Position numbers and translations under genes: made by a program | NCBI GenBank assembly: GCA_950097015.1 | Contig: CATNEN010000008.1 | Span: 4,216,001 to 4,280,000 of the forward strand | Length of the DNA stretch: 64,000 bases | Source: Macrostomum hystrix | Lineage: Eukaryota > Animalia > Platyhelminthes | Direction of reading: 5' to 3' | The notes under the pieces: model-generated | The model's input: the letters and a program-made list of their open reading frames with translations, nothing else | Told to the model about the DNA's origin: nothing | Database searches by the model: none | In this document: positions 37,001 through 50,078 of the stretch, one piece after another | How positions within the stretch are numbered: the stretch's first letter is position 1 | How the letters are laid out: each line of letters begins with the position of its first letter

Positions 37001-40000
37001 CGGCAGATTAGGATTGATCCCAATTTGGGCAGATTAGGATTGATCCCAATATGGGCAGATTAGGATTGATCCCAATATGGGCAGATTAGGATTGATCCCA
37101 ATTCGGCAGATTAGGATTGATCCCAATTCGGCAGATTAGGATTGATCCCAATTCGGCAGATTAGGATTGATCCCAATTCGGCAGATCAGGATTGATCCCA
37201 ATATGGGCAGATCAGGATTGATCCCAATATGGGCAGATTAGGATTGATCCCAATTCGGCAGATTAGGATTGATTCCAATTCGGCAGATTAGGATTTATCC
37301 CAATTCGGCAGATTAGGATTGATCCCAATTTGGGCAGATTAGGATTGATCCCAATATGGGCAGATTAGGATTGATCCCAATTCGGCAGATTAGGATTGAT
37401 CCCAATTCGGCAGATTAGGATTGATCCCAATTTGGGCAGATTAGGATTGATCCCAATTCGGCAGATTAGGATTGATCCCAACATGGCAGATTAGGATTGA
37501 TCCCAATTCGGCAGATCAGGATTGATCCCAATATGGGCAGATCAGGATTGATCCCAATATGGGCAGATTAGGATTGATCCCAATTCGGCAGATTAGGATT
37601 GATCCCAATTCGGCAGATTAGGATTGATCCCAATTTGGGCAGATTAGGATTGATCCCAATATGGGCAGATTAGGATTGATCCCAATATGGGCAGATTAGG
37701 ATTGATCCCAATTCGGCAGATTAGGATTGATCCCAATTCGGCAGATTAGGATTGATCCCAATTCGGCAGATTAGGATTGATCCCAATTCGGCAGATCAGG
37801 ATTGATCCCAATATGGGCAGATCAGGATTGATCCCAATATGGGCAGATTAGGATTGATCCCAATTCGGCAGATTAGGATTGATCCCAATTCGGCAGATTA
37901 GGATTTATCCCAATTCGGCAGATTAGGATTGATCCCAATTTGGGCAGATTAGGATTGATCCCAATATGGGCAGATTAGGATTGATCCCAATTCGGCAGAT
38001 TAGGATTGATCCCAATTCGGCAGATTAGGATTGATCCCAATTTGGGCAGATTAGGATTGATCCCAATATGGGAAGATTCGACTCAATCTGAAGATTCGAC
38101 TCAATCTGAAAGGGGCGATAATTAAAATTTTACCTGCATGTAGGCGCCCGTAGCAGAGAAGTGCCTGAAGATGAACTGCTCTGCCTGGCGCACATCCTGC
38201 ACCGAAGGCGACATCAGCACGGCGTACAGGCGATAGGTGAGACAGTTGATCGAAGTCTCAATGGGATAACGAACAACCGAGTCGTCCGGAATGGGAATAG
38301 AGGTGTCCTTCTTCACCAGCCTGCTCCGATCGCAATAGATCTCAATGCTGAGCTTGCGATAGCGGAAATCCGGCTTCCGACCGTCGGGCTGGTACACCCA
38401 CAGCTGGCGGAGGGGGGAGGTTTGAGATACAATTTGGGATTCTACTGATGGGATTTGGGATTCTACTGATGGGATTAGTAATTTCAGAACTAAGATTCGG
38501 GATTCTACTGATGGGATTATTAATCCTACTGATGGGATTTGGGATTCTACTGATGGGTTTAGTAATTTCAGAACTAAGATTTGGGATTCTACTGATGGGA
38601 TTATTAATTCTACTGATGGGATTTGGGATTCTACTGATGGGATTAGTAATTTCTGAACTAAGATTTGGGATTCTACTGATGTGATTTGGGATTCTACTGA
38701 TGGATTAGTAATTTCAGAACTAAGATTCGGGATTCTACTGATGTGATTTGGGATTCTACTGATGGATTAGTAATTTCAGAACTAAGATTCGGGATTCTAC
38801 TGATGTGATTTGGGATTCTACTGATGTGATTTGGGATTCTACTGATGGATTAGTAATTTCAGAACTAAGATTTGGGATTCTACTGATGGGATTTGGGACT
38901 CTACTGATGGGATTTGGGATTCTACTGATGGGATTTGGGACTCTACTGATGGGATTTGGGATTCTACTGATGGGATTTGGGACTCTACTGATGGGATTTG
39001 GGATTCTACTGATGGGATTTGGGATTCTACTGATGGGATTTGGGATTCTACTGATGGGATTTGGGATTCTACTGATGTGATTTGGGATTCTACTGATGGG
39101 ATTAGTAATTTCAGAACTAAGATTTGGGATTCTACTGATGGGATTTGGGACTCTACTGATGGGATTTGAGATTCTACTGATGGGATTTGGGATTCTACTG
39201 ATGGGATTAGTAATTTCAGAACTAAGATTCGGGATTCTACTGATGGGATTTGGGATTCTACTGATGGGATTAGTAATTTCAGAACTAAGATTCGGGATTC
39301 TACTGATGGGATTTGGGACTCTACTGATGGGATTAGTAATTTCAGAACTAAGATTCGGGATCCTACTGATGGGATTAGTAATTCTACTGATGGGATTTGG
39401 GATTCTACTGATGGGGTTTGGGATTCTACTGATGGGATTTGGGATTCCAGAGCTGGGATTTGGGAACCAAACGACGGTTAGGGACTTATGAACCGGGACA
39501 AAACAAATCGCAGTGAACTAACCAAGGCAGTGAATGGAAATCCCGGCTTGAACTGTCGCACATATCCGCCGAGAAACTTGACCTCCGGAATCTCCCTGAA
39601 GATGACGGTGTAGGCATAGCTGGTCTGGTTCACCAGGAAGTACCAATCGTAGACGAACGCGTCCGCTCGGACCTCCATGTCGGCTGGGCGGCCGGCTAGA
39701 TTGAGACCGCTACGAATCTCGGACATTGTGAACAGGAAGTCGGACCGGCCGTAGAACTGGAATACAAAATTGCTGACTAAATTGCACTGCGCAATTTGGA
39801 TTTGATTATGAAAAACCTGAAGATTCAAGCCTTCAACTGAAGTTTCATCTGAAGAACCTGAACTTTCAACTCAGGCTTTGATCTGAACAAGCCAAAGCTT
39901 CAGCCTTTTTTGTTAGAAGAACCTGAAGGTTCAGAAGTTTTAGCTGAAGTTTTGATCAGAAGAACCTGAAGGTCTAACTGAAGCTTTGATCAGAAGAACC

Positions 40001-43000
40001 TGAAGGTCTAACTGGAGTTTTGGTCAGAAGAACCTGAAGGTCTAACTGAAGCCTTGGTCAGAAGAACTTGAAGGTCTAACTGGAGCATTTATCAGAAGAA
40101 CCTGAAGGTCTAACTGAAGCTTTGATCAGAAGAACCTGAAGGTCTAACTGGAGTTTTGGTCAGAAGAACCTGAAGGTCTAACTGAAGCCTTGGTCAGAAG
40201 AACTTGAAGGTCTAACTGGAGCATTTATCAGAAGAACCTGAAGGTCTAACTGAAGCTTTGATCAGAAGAACCTGAAGGTCTAACTGAAGCTTTGATCAGA
40301 AGAACCTGAAGGTCTAACTGAAGTTTTGGTCAGAAGAACCTGAAGGTCGAACTGAAGCCTTGGTCAGAAGAACCTGAAGGTCTAACTGAAGCATTTATCA
40401 GAAGAACCTGAAGGTCTAACTGAAGCTTTGATCAGAAGAACCTGAAGGTCTAACTGAAGTTTTGGTCAGAAGAACCTGGAGGCTCAAATCGAGTTGCAAT
40501 CACAAGCGACTCACATATGGAATTTCCTTCCACATGACTCCGATGGGGGGCGCATTGGGAGCGGCATTCCTAGCCCGGAACTCCAGCCGGATTGTCGCAT
40601 TGCCGTACGAAGGCGCATTGGTAGTGTGATTGGCCTCCAGGATGCCGTAGACACCGAAGGCGAACTCCGAGAGTCGCTGCGGCATGGTGATGTTCACGGA
40701 GATCATGCTGGTGATGGTGTTGAAGAACACCTTGAAGGTGCGCTCGGTGACGAAAGTCTCCCGGGTGCATCGGACCTTCCAGTCGCCGTGGTTGCTCGTG
40801 TCAGCCAGCTGGTAGCTCAACTCGATGAAGCCCTTTGCGTTGTTCCTAGGCGACAACCAGCGTCGGACTGACACATTCTGCGAGTCCACCACATCGATGG
40901 AGGTGAAGAGGCGATTCTTCACCAGGAGATTGGACTCGTAGGGGAAGACTCGGAACCTGACAGTGTCTCCCATGGCGTAGATTGGCTTGGAGAACTGGAT
41001 GAAGGCTGAGAACAGGCGCGGCTCGTACACAATCTCGGTGCGGTTGTAGAACACCAGGCCGCCAAGGCTCTTCACTGAGCCCTCCACGTGGATGTTGTAG
41101 ATGCCAGTCGGTGTGTTCTCCGGAATCTGCGATTGGCGGACAAGGGCGCGGAGGATCGTCAGAATTACTATTAACTGGGTGAGATGAAGGCCAGAGAGTG
41201 AGATGAAGGCCAGATAGTGGGATGAAGGCCAGAGAGTGGGATGAAGGCCAGAGAGTTAGACGAAGGCCAGAGAGTGGGATGAAGGTCAGAGAGTGGGATG
41301 AAGGCCAGAGAGTGGGATGAAGGCCAGAGAGATAGATGAAGGCCAGAGAGTTAGATGAAGGCCAGAGAGTGGGATGAAGGTCAGAGAGTGGGAAGAAGGC
41401 CAGAGAGTGGGAAGAAGGCCAGAGAGTTAGATGAAGGCCAGAGAGTTAGATGAAGGCCAGAGAGTGGGATGAAGGTCAGAGAGTGGGATGAAGGCCAGAG
41501 AGTGGGATGAAGACCAGAGAGTGGGATGAAGGCCAGAGAGTGAGATGAAGGTCAGAGAGTGGGATGAAGGCCGGAGAGTGGGATGAAGGCCAGAGAGTTA
41601 GATGAAGGCCAGAGAGTTAGATGAAGGCCAGAGAGTGGGATGAAGGTCAGAGAGTGGGATGAAGGCCAGAAAGTGGGATGAAGGCCAAAGAGTGGGATGA
41701 AGGCCATAGGGCGGGATGAAGGCCAGAGAGTGGGATGAAGGCCAGAGAGTTAGATGAAGGCCAGAGAGTTAGATGAAGGCCAGAGAGTGGGATGAAGGTC
41801 AGAGAGTGGGATGAAGGCCAGAGAGTGGGATGAAGGCCAGAGAGTGGGATGAAGACCAGAGAGTGGGATGAAGGCCAGAGAGTGAGATGAAGGTCAGAGA
41901 GTGGGATGAAGGCCGGAGAGTGAGATGAAGGCCAGAGAGTGGGATGAAGGCCAAAGAGTGAGATGAAGGCCAGAGAGTGGGATGAAGGCCATAGGGCGGG
42001 ATGAAGGCCAGAGAGTGGGATGAAGGCCAGAGAGTTAGATGAAGGCCAGAGAGTGAGATGAAGGCCAGAGAGTGAGATGAAGGCCAGAGAGTGGGATGAA
42101 GACCAGAGAGTTAGATGAAGGCTAGACAGTTAGATGAAGGTCAGAGAGTGGGATGAAGGCCAGAGAGTGGGATGAAGGCCAGAGAGTTAGATGAAGGCCA
42201 GAGAGTGGGATGAAGGCCAGAGAGTTAGATGAAGGCCAGAGAGTTAGATGAAGGTCAGAGAGTGGGATGAAGGCCAGAGAGTGGGATGAAGGCCGGAGAG
42301 TGGGATGAAGGCCAGAGAGGGGATGAAGGCCAGAGAGTGGGATGAAGGCCAGAGAGTGGGATGAAGGCCGGAGAGTGAGATGAGGCGAGATAGTAGCGTG
42401 AGACAAAGTTGAGACAAGGATGAGAGGAGTTGAGATGATTCAAAGGATTTCTTGGAAATCTTTCCTTCTTGATACACAAAAACTACGATATGCTAGTAAT
42501 TGAATTGCGCCCTCAATTAAGCAAGCCCCTCTTAAACTTGGAAGGCCGTACAGGCCGATTGTGACGGTCGAATTTCGCAAACCCAAGTCAGGTCAACTTT
42601 TTTCAAACATTTTCCACCTGCCCACAGCCAGACGAGGTGAAAAAATGATAAAAGTGTTAGCAGCCGATAGAGGGCACCTGGCCCAACTAGAATTCAATGG
42701 CTTAGAGGCGGGTCGCATTGGCAAGCGGGCTGGAACAGATCACTTCCGGGTTCTTCTGGGTCGGCCACACGCTACGCTACTAAGAGTAGAATAAAGGCTG
42801 CAATTTACCTTGACCCGAATTAGCCGCGACGAGGCCCTCGTGAAGGTCTCCTCGGCGAAGGCGTACTCGGTCTCGGCCACCCAGGAGCTGGGCTCGTTGA
42901 CTCGACGCACCGAGACTCGGAAGGTCAGGCTGTCGTAGAGCATGCGGAAGACCGTGGTGCTGACCCGGAACTCCTGCTCGGGCCGAATCTTTCTAGGCAC

Positions 43001-43277
43001 CAGCACTAAATAAGTGCTGCGGGCAGGTTCCGTTTTGGCGGCTATGTTTGCGATTTGCTTGTCAGATCGATAAGAACTGATAACGGCGCCCACCCCACGT
43101 GAAGGGTACAAAATCCTAGCTGGCAAAAATCTGCTTATCTAAGCGGACAAATACTTACGGAGTTGGCGGCAGTTCCATGCTAGTCGGCGGTACCGCCGAC
43201 TGTCCGGCCGCCCCGGCTAATAGGCAGCAGCACACTGTTGATAGCACCAGCAGCAGCGCATTGCTGACCGATGCCAT
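28027..43277 (-). CDS. Mcr: Macroglobulin complement-related protein (Mcr/TEP6-like, alpha-2-macroglobulin family), complete, ~1647 aa, 15 exons
   Basis: Exons 43277-43159, 43076-42809, 41126-40515, 39756-39523, 38403-38134, 36496-36056, 35430-35235, 34773-34530, 33496-33256, 32721-32473, 31891-30839, 30242-29722, 29451-29277, 29184-29076 and 28238-28027 total 4944 nt with all phases consistent. The protein has a signal peptide ([22 protein letters not shown]), MG domains, an LDLa module ([23 protein letters not shown]), GSGES at the thioester position, GWISTQDT, and C-terminal [13 protein letters not shown] followed by a hydrophobic anchor. This combination is diagnostic for Mcr. Confidence 0.9.
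28300..28990. repeat. ~27-bp minisatellite (ctatttcagcccaattatctcacctgg), Mcr intron 14
   Basis: Direct reading; the sense strand contains CAG|GTGAG in most units. Confidence 0.92.
30274..30826. repeat. Two abutting arrays in Mcr intron 11: 15 x 23 bp (30274-30618) and ~9 x 21 bp (30641-30826)
   Basis: Units atcaacagacctcatctcacctg and gttccatcctctccctcacct; both read CAG|GTGAG on the sense strand. Confidence 0.95.
32090..32450. repeat. G-rich minisatellite (gaaggagggtaaggaccggagggg), Mcr intron 10
   Basis: Direct reading. Confidence 0.9.
32890..33250. repeat. 16-bp minisatellite (cagatcccaactgtcc), Mcr intron 9
   Basis: Direct reading; starts immediately after the donor at 33255. Confidence 0.92.
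33575..34430. repeat. ~21-bp minisatellite (ctactcgatctaccagagact), Mcr intron 8
   Basis: Direct reading. Confidence 0.9.
34791..34915. repeat. 23-bp repeat, about 5 copies (acaggtgttgctatgctattgct), Mcr intron 7
   Basis: Direct reading. Confidence 0.9.
35600..35770 (-). mobile_element. tRNA-derived CORE-type (MIR-like) SINE, Mcr intron 6
   Basis: The minus strand has A-box TAGCCTAGTAGTTA and B-box GGTTCGACT. The plus strand reads cccatttaacagctgggtgaactgaagcaatgcagagttaagtgtcttgctgaaggacaca, which parallels the antisense MIR core (CCCATTTTACAGATGAGGAAACTGAGGC..GTTAAGTGACTTGCCCAAGGTCACA). Confidence 0.7.
36700..38070. repeat. 25/26-bp minisatellite (gattaggattgatcccaattcggca), Mcr intron 5
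   Basis: Direct reading, more than 50 copies. Confidence 0.95.
38425..39465. repeat. 21-bp minisatellite (ttgggattctactgatgggat) with interspersed longer variants, Mcr intron 4
   Basis: Direct reading. Confidence 0.95.
39900..40480. repeat. 34-bp minisatellite (agaagaacctgaaggtctaactgaagctttgatc), Mcr intron 3
   Basis: Direct reading, about 16 copies. Confidence 0.95.
41180..42390. repeat. 19-bp minisatellite (gatgaaggccagagagtgg), Mcr intron 2
   Basis: Direct reading, more than 60 copies. Confidence 0.95.
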
Positions 43278-44349
43278 GATTATTACTGAATCGGTCGAAC
43301 AAAACAGCAAGGTTAGAGGAAGCCTCTACTCAGCTATTTCTTTCTTTATAGCCTTTAGCTAGGGCAAGGCTTGTAAAACTGGCGGGGGTGGGTGGTTGGG
43401 GTGGGGGGCTGCCCGGGGTAGAAAATCTTAAGAGGTTCTTTAGCGCGCTCTATGCCGCAACACCCACCCCTCCCCCTGCCCCCACCCACGTGGAACGAAT
43501 GTACATAGGTCTAAAAAAAGCGAAGGGCCACGACGAGAGTGAGTCAGTGAGTCAGTCAGAGTACACTTCACCCCCACCCACCTTCACAAACAAACACGCA
43601 TACGCGTGGCCCGCCGGGGTGGGTTTGAGACATAATACAAGGTCGTCTTCTGAACCTTTTGTCCAAACGGTCTCGCTAAGTTCGCCCACCCCAGCCAGGC
43701 GAGAAGAGGCAGAGCGAGCAAACTGGAATAGAGCGGAGAGGTCGACTTGCTGAGAGGAGTGCGGAAGACAACGACCACCCCCACCTGCAAATTCCTACCC
43801 TTCCAAATCCAAAGAGAAGGTAAAATGGCAGCAAGGTAAGGGACGCGGAGTTAGTCGGGACCGCGCACAGTGAGTTAACTCCGCTGCTCCTGCCCTCCCC
43901 CCACCCACCCCAACCCCCAATTGCACAGAGAGCTGTGAGCAGAACATTTTCCGGGTTTGGAAATATGATAGAGCATGCGTTAGACGAAGAATTACATTAG
44001 GTTTGCAAGACACACAGCTAATACCAGAATGCATGTTGGAATCGGAATAAGTTGCTTACTTATCTCACTGAATATTCGTTCTATAGTAGATATATAGTGA
44101 CCATTCCTTGGACCACCCGAGTACAAGCTGTACGCGCCTCCTATAAGCTCGATGTCACTTCGTGTGCATGAAGTATATAAAAATACAATTATTGTTTTGA
44201 AGAAAACACAACAATATTGGCAATTACGAAAATTTTTTGTAAATAATGGAACTGCGAATGCTTGATTTATGCGAGCCACTGGATTCTGCCACGATTCTTA
44301 GAATTTTTTCGGTCGATTTCTTAAAAGCGGTTTATCGGTTAGGTTTTGC

Positions 44350-44950
44350 GTGATTCTTGCTAGGGGCGATTCTTGGTTTGGGGCGATTCTTCATAGAGCC
44401 CTGGGGCGACTCTTTGCTCGGTGAGATTCTCATAGAGCCCTGGCGCGATTCTTTGCTCGGTGCGATTCTTATAGAGCCCTGGGGCGATTCTTTGCTCGGT
44501 GCGATTCTCATAGAGCCCTGGGGCGATTCTTTGCTCGGTGCGATTCTTATAGAGCCCTGGGGCGATTCTTTGCTCGGTGCGATTCTTATAGAGCCCTGGG
44601 GCGATTCTTTGCTCGGTTCGATTCTAATAGAGCCCTGGCGCGATTCTTTGCTCGGTGCGATTCTCATAGAGCCCTGGGGCGATTCTTTGCTCGGTGCGAT
44701 TCTCATAGAGCCCTGGGGCGATTCTTTGCTCGGTGAGATTCTCATAGAGCCCTGGGGCGATTCTTTGCTCGGTGCGATTCTCATAGAGCCCTGGGGCGAT
44801 TCTTTGCTCGGTGCGATTCTCATAGAGCCCTGGGGCGATTCTTTGCTCGGTGCGACTCTTATAGAGACCAGGGGCGATTCTTTGCTCGGTGCGACTCTTA
44901 TAGAGCCCTGGGGCGATTCTTGGCTTGGTGCGATTCTCATAGAGCCCTGG
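44350..44950. repeat. 39-bp minisatellite (gagccctggggcgattctttgctcggtgcgattctcata)
   Basis: Direct reading, about 14 copies; intergenic. Confidence 0.95.
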
Positions 44951-45769
44951 TTGATTTTTGTCTTATATGGGACGCTTTTTTGTATCAAGGGGCTGAATTT
45001 TTCTGCTTACTTTTAATGCACCTGAAGCGATTCCCAGGTGAATCGAGCGATTAAATTACGAGGGTAACTTTGTTTAAGGGCTGAAGACGTATTTTGTGCT
45101 AAAAAACGAACAGAAAAAATTGCAGAATGGCGAAAATAAAAACAAGTTAGAACCGGCTATCACAAGTTCAATAGGTTCTAGCATCAAAGTAGACTTCGAA
45201 ATCAATTTTCTTTGGACCTTTAGAAAGTGCTTGATGAGCATATACTCGTAATTGGCCGGACGATGCGAAACAGCCAATTTGGGTAATTTCCTATTTTAAT
45301 GAGCGGATGTATGGAATTAAAACTGTCTGCAGCTTTGCCAATGATCAGAATTTTCTTTCATCAATAACTGGTAAAATCCATTATTTTTTAAGCTACGATA
45401 TCGAATTGTTTTCATCCGATAGGCGAGTAACAGATTGTAGTTTGTTTCAAATTACTCAGTAGCACACAATGTCCGCAATTAAAGTAGAACTTTATGCTAA
45501 TTTTTGAGTGACTAGAACATTAACTAAATTGCTGCTTTGTGAAGTGAGGACGAATGTACTTTTTATTCTCCCGCTCTATGCATCGATGATGCTATTTTAT
45601 ACACACAATGTATAGTAGGCGCTCACAGTGGTTAATGCGGAGTCGTACCGCTGTATTCGGCTTAACTGTGCGGACTCGGTGACAGTGGTAGGAAGCAATT
45701 ATAATAAATAGCACCTGAGTAGGCAGTCAGTTATGGTGTGGCGTCGGACGAGGAAAGTAATCTGTGATA

Positions 45770-46335
45770 ATAGCATGGCATGTGAAAGAAGCAGTGATAA
45801 TGGCATCTTAGGTACCAGTGATAATGGCATGTGAGAAGCCAGTGATAATGGCACCTGAGGAGGCAGTGATAATGGCATCTTAGGTACCAGTGATAATGGC
45901 ATGTGAGAAGCCAGTGATAATGGCACCTGAGGAGGCAGTGATAATGGCATCTTAGGTACCAGTGATAATGGCATGTGAGAAGCCAGTGATAATGGCACCT
46001 GAGGAGGCAGTGATAATGGCATCTTAGGTACCAGTGATAATGGCATGTGAGAAGCCAGTAATAATGGCATGTGAGGAGGCAGTAATAATGGCATGTGAGG
46101 AGGCAGTAATAATGGCATGTGAGAAGCCAGTAATAATGGCATGTGAGGAGGCAGTAATAATGGCATGTGAGAAGCCAGTGATAATGGCATGTGAGGAGGC
46201 ACTGATAATGGCATCTGAGGAGGCACTGATAATGGCACCTGTGGAGGCAGTGATAATGGCACCTGAGGAGGCAGTGATAATGGCATCTGAGGAGGCAGTG
46301 ATAATGGCACCTGTGGAGGCAGTGATAATGCCATG
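45770..46335. repeat. 24-bp minisatellite (gcagtgataatggcatgtgaggag)
   Basis: Direct reading; left half has a 72-bp higher-order structure. Confidence 0.93.
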
Positions 46336-46895
46336 TGAGAAGAGGCGCCAGGGGTCAGATGCTGTAGGATTCTTGTTATAAAAAGCCATAAATTACAGCC
46401 TTAACAAAATGCTATTTGTTACTCAGTGAGTAGTAGATGAATAAAAAACGAGCATACAAACCACAGTATTTGCTGCCTGAGGGCAATATTTTGTTCTCAG
46501 TGATAGTTACTAAAAGGAGAGGCCAAGTTTTTGACTGCGTAATTTTTTATTATATTTTTGTTGCGCTTAAACGCCTTGCGCTTTAAGTTGACTAAGGAAG
46601 CTTGTCACATTTCAGACTGACAGTCATGTAGAACTGTTGTCTAGATAGATACTGGATGCTAAGCTACTAATGGTGCAGCGTTCCTATGCGAAACAGCAAA
46701 ATCTTGGATAAATAAACAGAGATAAGCGTATTAGGAAACCTAAGATTTAGGAACAAAAATGTGCAGGGGTTTCTATAGCGAGGGCGTGTTGGAAAGAGAG
46801 TTGCCTAGAGCAATATGTTCGAGTCCGTTTTAAAAAAGAGGACAACACAGAAGAAATTGTTAGTCCACAGACAGGACGATTTTGCTGTTCCAGCA

Positions 46896-48699
46896 TCAAA
46901 TATTATCAATGTCCAAATCGGAGTCCTCGCCATCGGCGCTGGCAGCGGCGGCAGTCTCAGTCTTCTGCTTATTGGCGCCGCCGTTGGTCTGGCGTTGCCC
47001 AGCAGCAGTAGCAGAAGCTTCTCCATTGGACTTGCTGCCATTCTCAGCAGCCTTGCCAGCAGCAGACTTCTTGGTATTTTCGGGCTCTTCGTCATCATCG
47101 CTGTCAGATTCCACGTCGGCAGTTTTTAGCCAGTTGATGAAGGGCTGAGCCAACTCGTGAATGCTGCGGCTTAGCTTTCGATCGCCCGTGTGGCGCTTGC
47201 TGGGCTGTAAAATCAATAGCGGTAATGAGTTAGGTGTGCCTATTCTTTAAGCTTTCTTATATGTAGAAAATCTAACAGACAGGCACGTTTAACTCCGCCA
47301 TTTGTCAGGACTCGCATTTCAAGATCATTATCAGGTTCATAGGCCTGGACACTAGGAATAATACATTTCATCATTTAGCTAAATTGGTTATTATTAAAAA
47401 GCGTTTGACACTGCAGCTTCAGCGTCAAGTTGACCCAAGCCCACAACTCACCCCCTTGGCATCCCATTCCATGATCGTCTCTTCTGACAGAAGATCAGCC
47501 GAATAGAAAGCGTTCAGTAGATTGGGAATCCGCTTGGCGTCCAGCAGGGAGTCGCGAAAGCGAGCGATCAGGCTCTCAACAGCACCAATCAGGTATTTCT
47601 GGGCGCGCTTGTTATCGCCGCCAACAAAGGCTAGAAACACTGGACGATAGGTCTTGGTGATGTCCGACACCAGGGTGGTCGGGGAGTTCAGCAGAACCTC
47701 GGCCACAACTAGAACGGCCTTCTCGCGAATGTCCAGACGTTCAGCCTCCAGCACCAGATCGCTGGGAACAAGCTGGCCGGCAGACAGTCGTTCGGTCAGG
47801 AATCGATGAAATCGATCAGCCCTATCCTGCGGCGTCAGTTCCATCATCTCGTCTGTCACAATCAGGCGCTGGATGGAGGCTGGCAGATCTTCGGCACCGG
47901 CGGCCAACTCACCAGCAGCATCATCGTCGTCACCGCCCTCCCATTCGCCGTCGCTGTCAAAATCGTCTCCGCCGCCGGCTTCGTCAGCATCGTCGGCATC
48001 GTGATTGGCGCCGCCGCCAGCAGTGGTCTCGTCGCCGCTGTTGCCACCCTCAGGACTACGATCGGCGCCATTGCCAGCGGCTCCGCCGCGCTTCTTGCGA
48101 TTACCCTTGGACTTGCCGCCGCCAGTGGAGGCCAGGGACAAGCCAGTCTCATCCGGCGGGTTCTTCATAATAAACTGAGCAGTCCGGCCATTGTCGCCAA
48201 CCGGGGCCAGGCAGCCGCAGGCCTTGCATTTGGCCAATAGTTCGGCCTGCTTGCCGCGACTGCGCACAATAAGATCAGTCTCGGGGTTCTCGCACTTGGA
48301 ACAGAGAACATACCTGTGCAAGTCAATAGTAAATGGCGGAGGGAAGGAAGAAGCTGAATACATTCATTAGTCATATGATAATGTGAATTTTTATGAAAAC
48401 TAGCGCCGAACTCACTTGCGAATAAAGCCATCCAAGATGGTTTGCAGCTTCTCGCAGTCGTGCGCACCGTTAACAATGAAGCGCTCATTCTTCTGATCGA
48501 ATTGTATCTGGGCGCCCAGCTCAGCGCCGAAAAATTTAGTAGGATAAATCGGCGGCCGACCAAGCGCCTTGGCTACCTCTGGCATGTTTACAATGACAGT
48601 CTTAATGCCGTTGCCCTTGCCTTCAACTTTGGCTATCAGTCGGGGCATCTTGTAGCGATAGAAGTCATCGCTAACTTCGCGATTAACATTAAGCGCCAT
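46896..48699 (-). CDS. EIF5: Eukaryotic translation initiation factor 5, 484 aa, 3 coding exons
   Basis: Exons 48699-48416, 48313-47452 and 47204-46896 (phases 2,0). N-terminus [35 protein letters not shown], zinc ribbon [17 protein letters not shown], and W2 domain with an acidic/aromatic tail ([21 protein letters not shown]). Confidence 0.96.
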
Positions 48700-48859
48700 T
48701 CTTTGCTATTCTTATTAACGAAAAAAAACTAATTCGCTTTAACTGTAAACTAAGCTACGTTCAAATATAAAACCTGCTTAATTAAATTTTAATGGTTTTA
48801 AATTACTTAATGATCTTGAAGGCGGCAAGTTCAGTTCGGAATTGTATTCTCTTAATTAC

Positions 48860-49126
48860 TGTTGTCCAAATTCAACTAAACCACTTTTCATAATCCACTT
48901 GATAGTAGTGGCGCAGTAGCGTTGATGTGCTGCAGCAGCAATTTTTATTGCTTTCTTTCGGTGCGTCCAGGGAGCCTGGCGATTTGCATGGAGCCACTTC
49001 CGTCTGCTTGAGAGCGTACTACTTGCTGATGCGAAACTCGGCATGCGATGATTGTAGAGTTTGCCCTGCAGTCTGTGATCCTGTTTCTTTGAATGCTGTC
49101 AGCTTGTCCTGACCTAGCAGTAGTAC
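48860..49126 (-). other. Probable non-coding 5' leader exon of eIF5 containing upstream AUGs
   Basis: Acceptor ttaattcttcacag| at 49127 and donor |gtaatt at 48859. A further upstream donor GTG|gtgagt at 51545 suggests a first exon ending at 51546. Confidence 0.5.
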
Positions 49127-50078
49127 CTGTGAAGAATTAAGTTTAATTTCTTTGAACAACTTGGTAATTGGACACAAAATAGTTTGTTACATTTATAACA
49201 AAAAGTAATAAAGCTAGTAAAAGTGCATGACCTAATACATGTGTTAGACCAAAAATGGATAACTTGAAATATTTTTGTATAAATTGGATTCTTTAAGTTG
49301 CTGTGTTTACACTGATCAATATATATTCAATATGTAATTTAATGCTGACAAATATATACAATAGTATAAATGAAAGAATAATTTATTTTTTTCAAGGCTA
49401 ATTGAAAGCCAAGCTAAGTTTTAAGTGGTATTAATTTTGTGGCTAAATATGCAGTCTGTCAATCAAAAAACAAGTCTTTAATACTTAGTTTTTTGAAGCA
49501 TTGGCAATGCAGAGAGGAAAACACATTCTTAAGGAAATGTACTAAGAATGTATGTGTATATGTATCTATGCCAATAGAAATAGTTGTCTATCTATGACTC
49601 TGCCTTAGATCAAAGTTTGTCTGTATACCTGCATGCTTTACTAAGTGATAAAAATTAGCTTCAATAGGGCACTTTGTTAGATATTTAAGTCATGGTAAAT
49701 TATATAACCTAAGTTGACTCTATAGTTATTAGCATTCAACATAACAAAATAAGTAGGCTATAAATGAATTTGCTAGAGCAAAATCTTGACACCCAAGTTT
49801 TGCTTCTTAACTAAACTATTTCCTAATTTTTGCAAATATAATTCTAAGTGAACTTCTAACAATTCAATTACAAAAACATTACTACAGACCAAAGTTTTAA
49901 ATACTAAATACTAAATAATTTTCAGAAAAAATAATGCCACTCATTATTTCAATTTCAAAGATTACTGCAACAATTTTAGATGCAAAGCAAAAGTAGCAAA
50001 TTCAATTAAGAAGCAATTCTTTTTCTCTTACTACTTAGCTATGTGCCAATTAAATGTGTATATGAAGAATTAGGGTTA

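Noticed and set aside
44332-46389. Repeat ORFs IEPWGDSLLGAIL, PSKESPQGS and IMACEEAV
   Set aside because: The 39-bp and 24-bp units are multiples of 3, so open frames on both strands are expected; there is no unique coding sequence.
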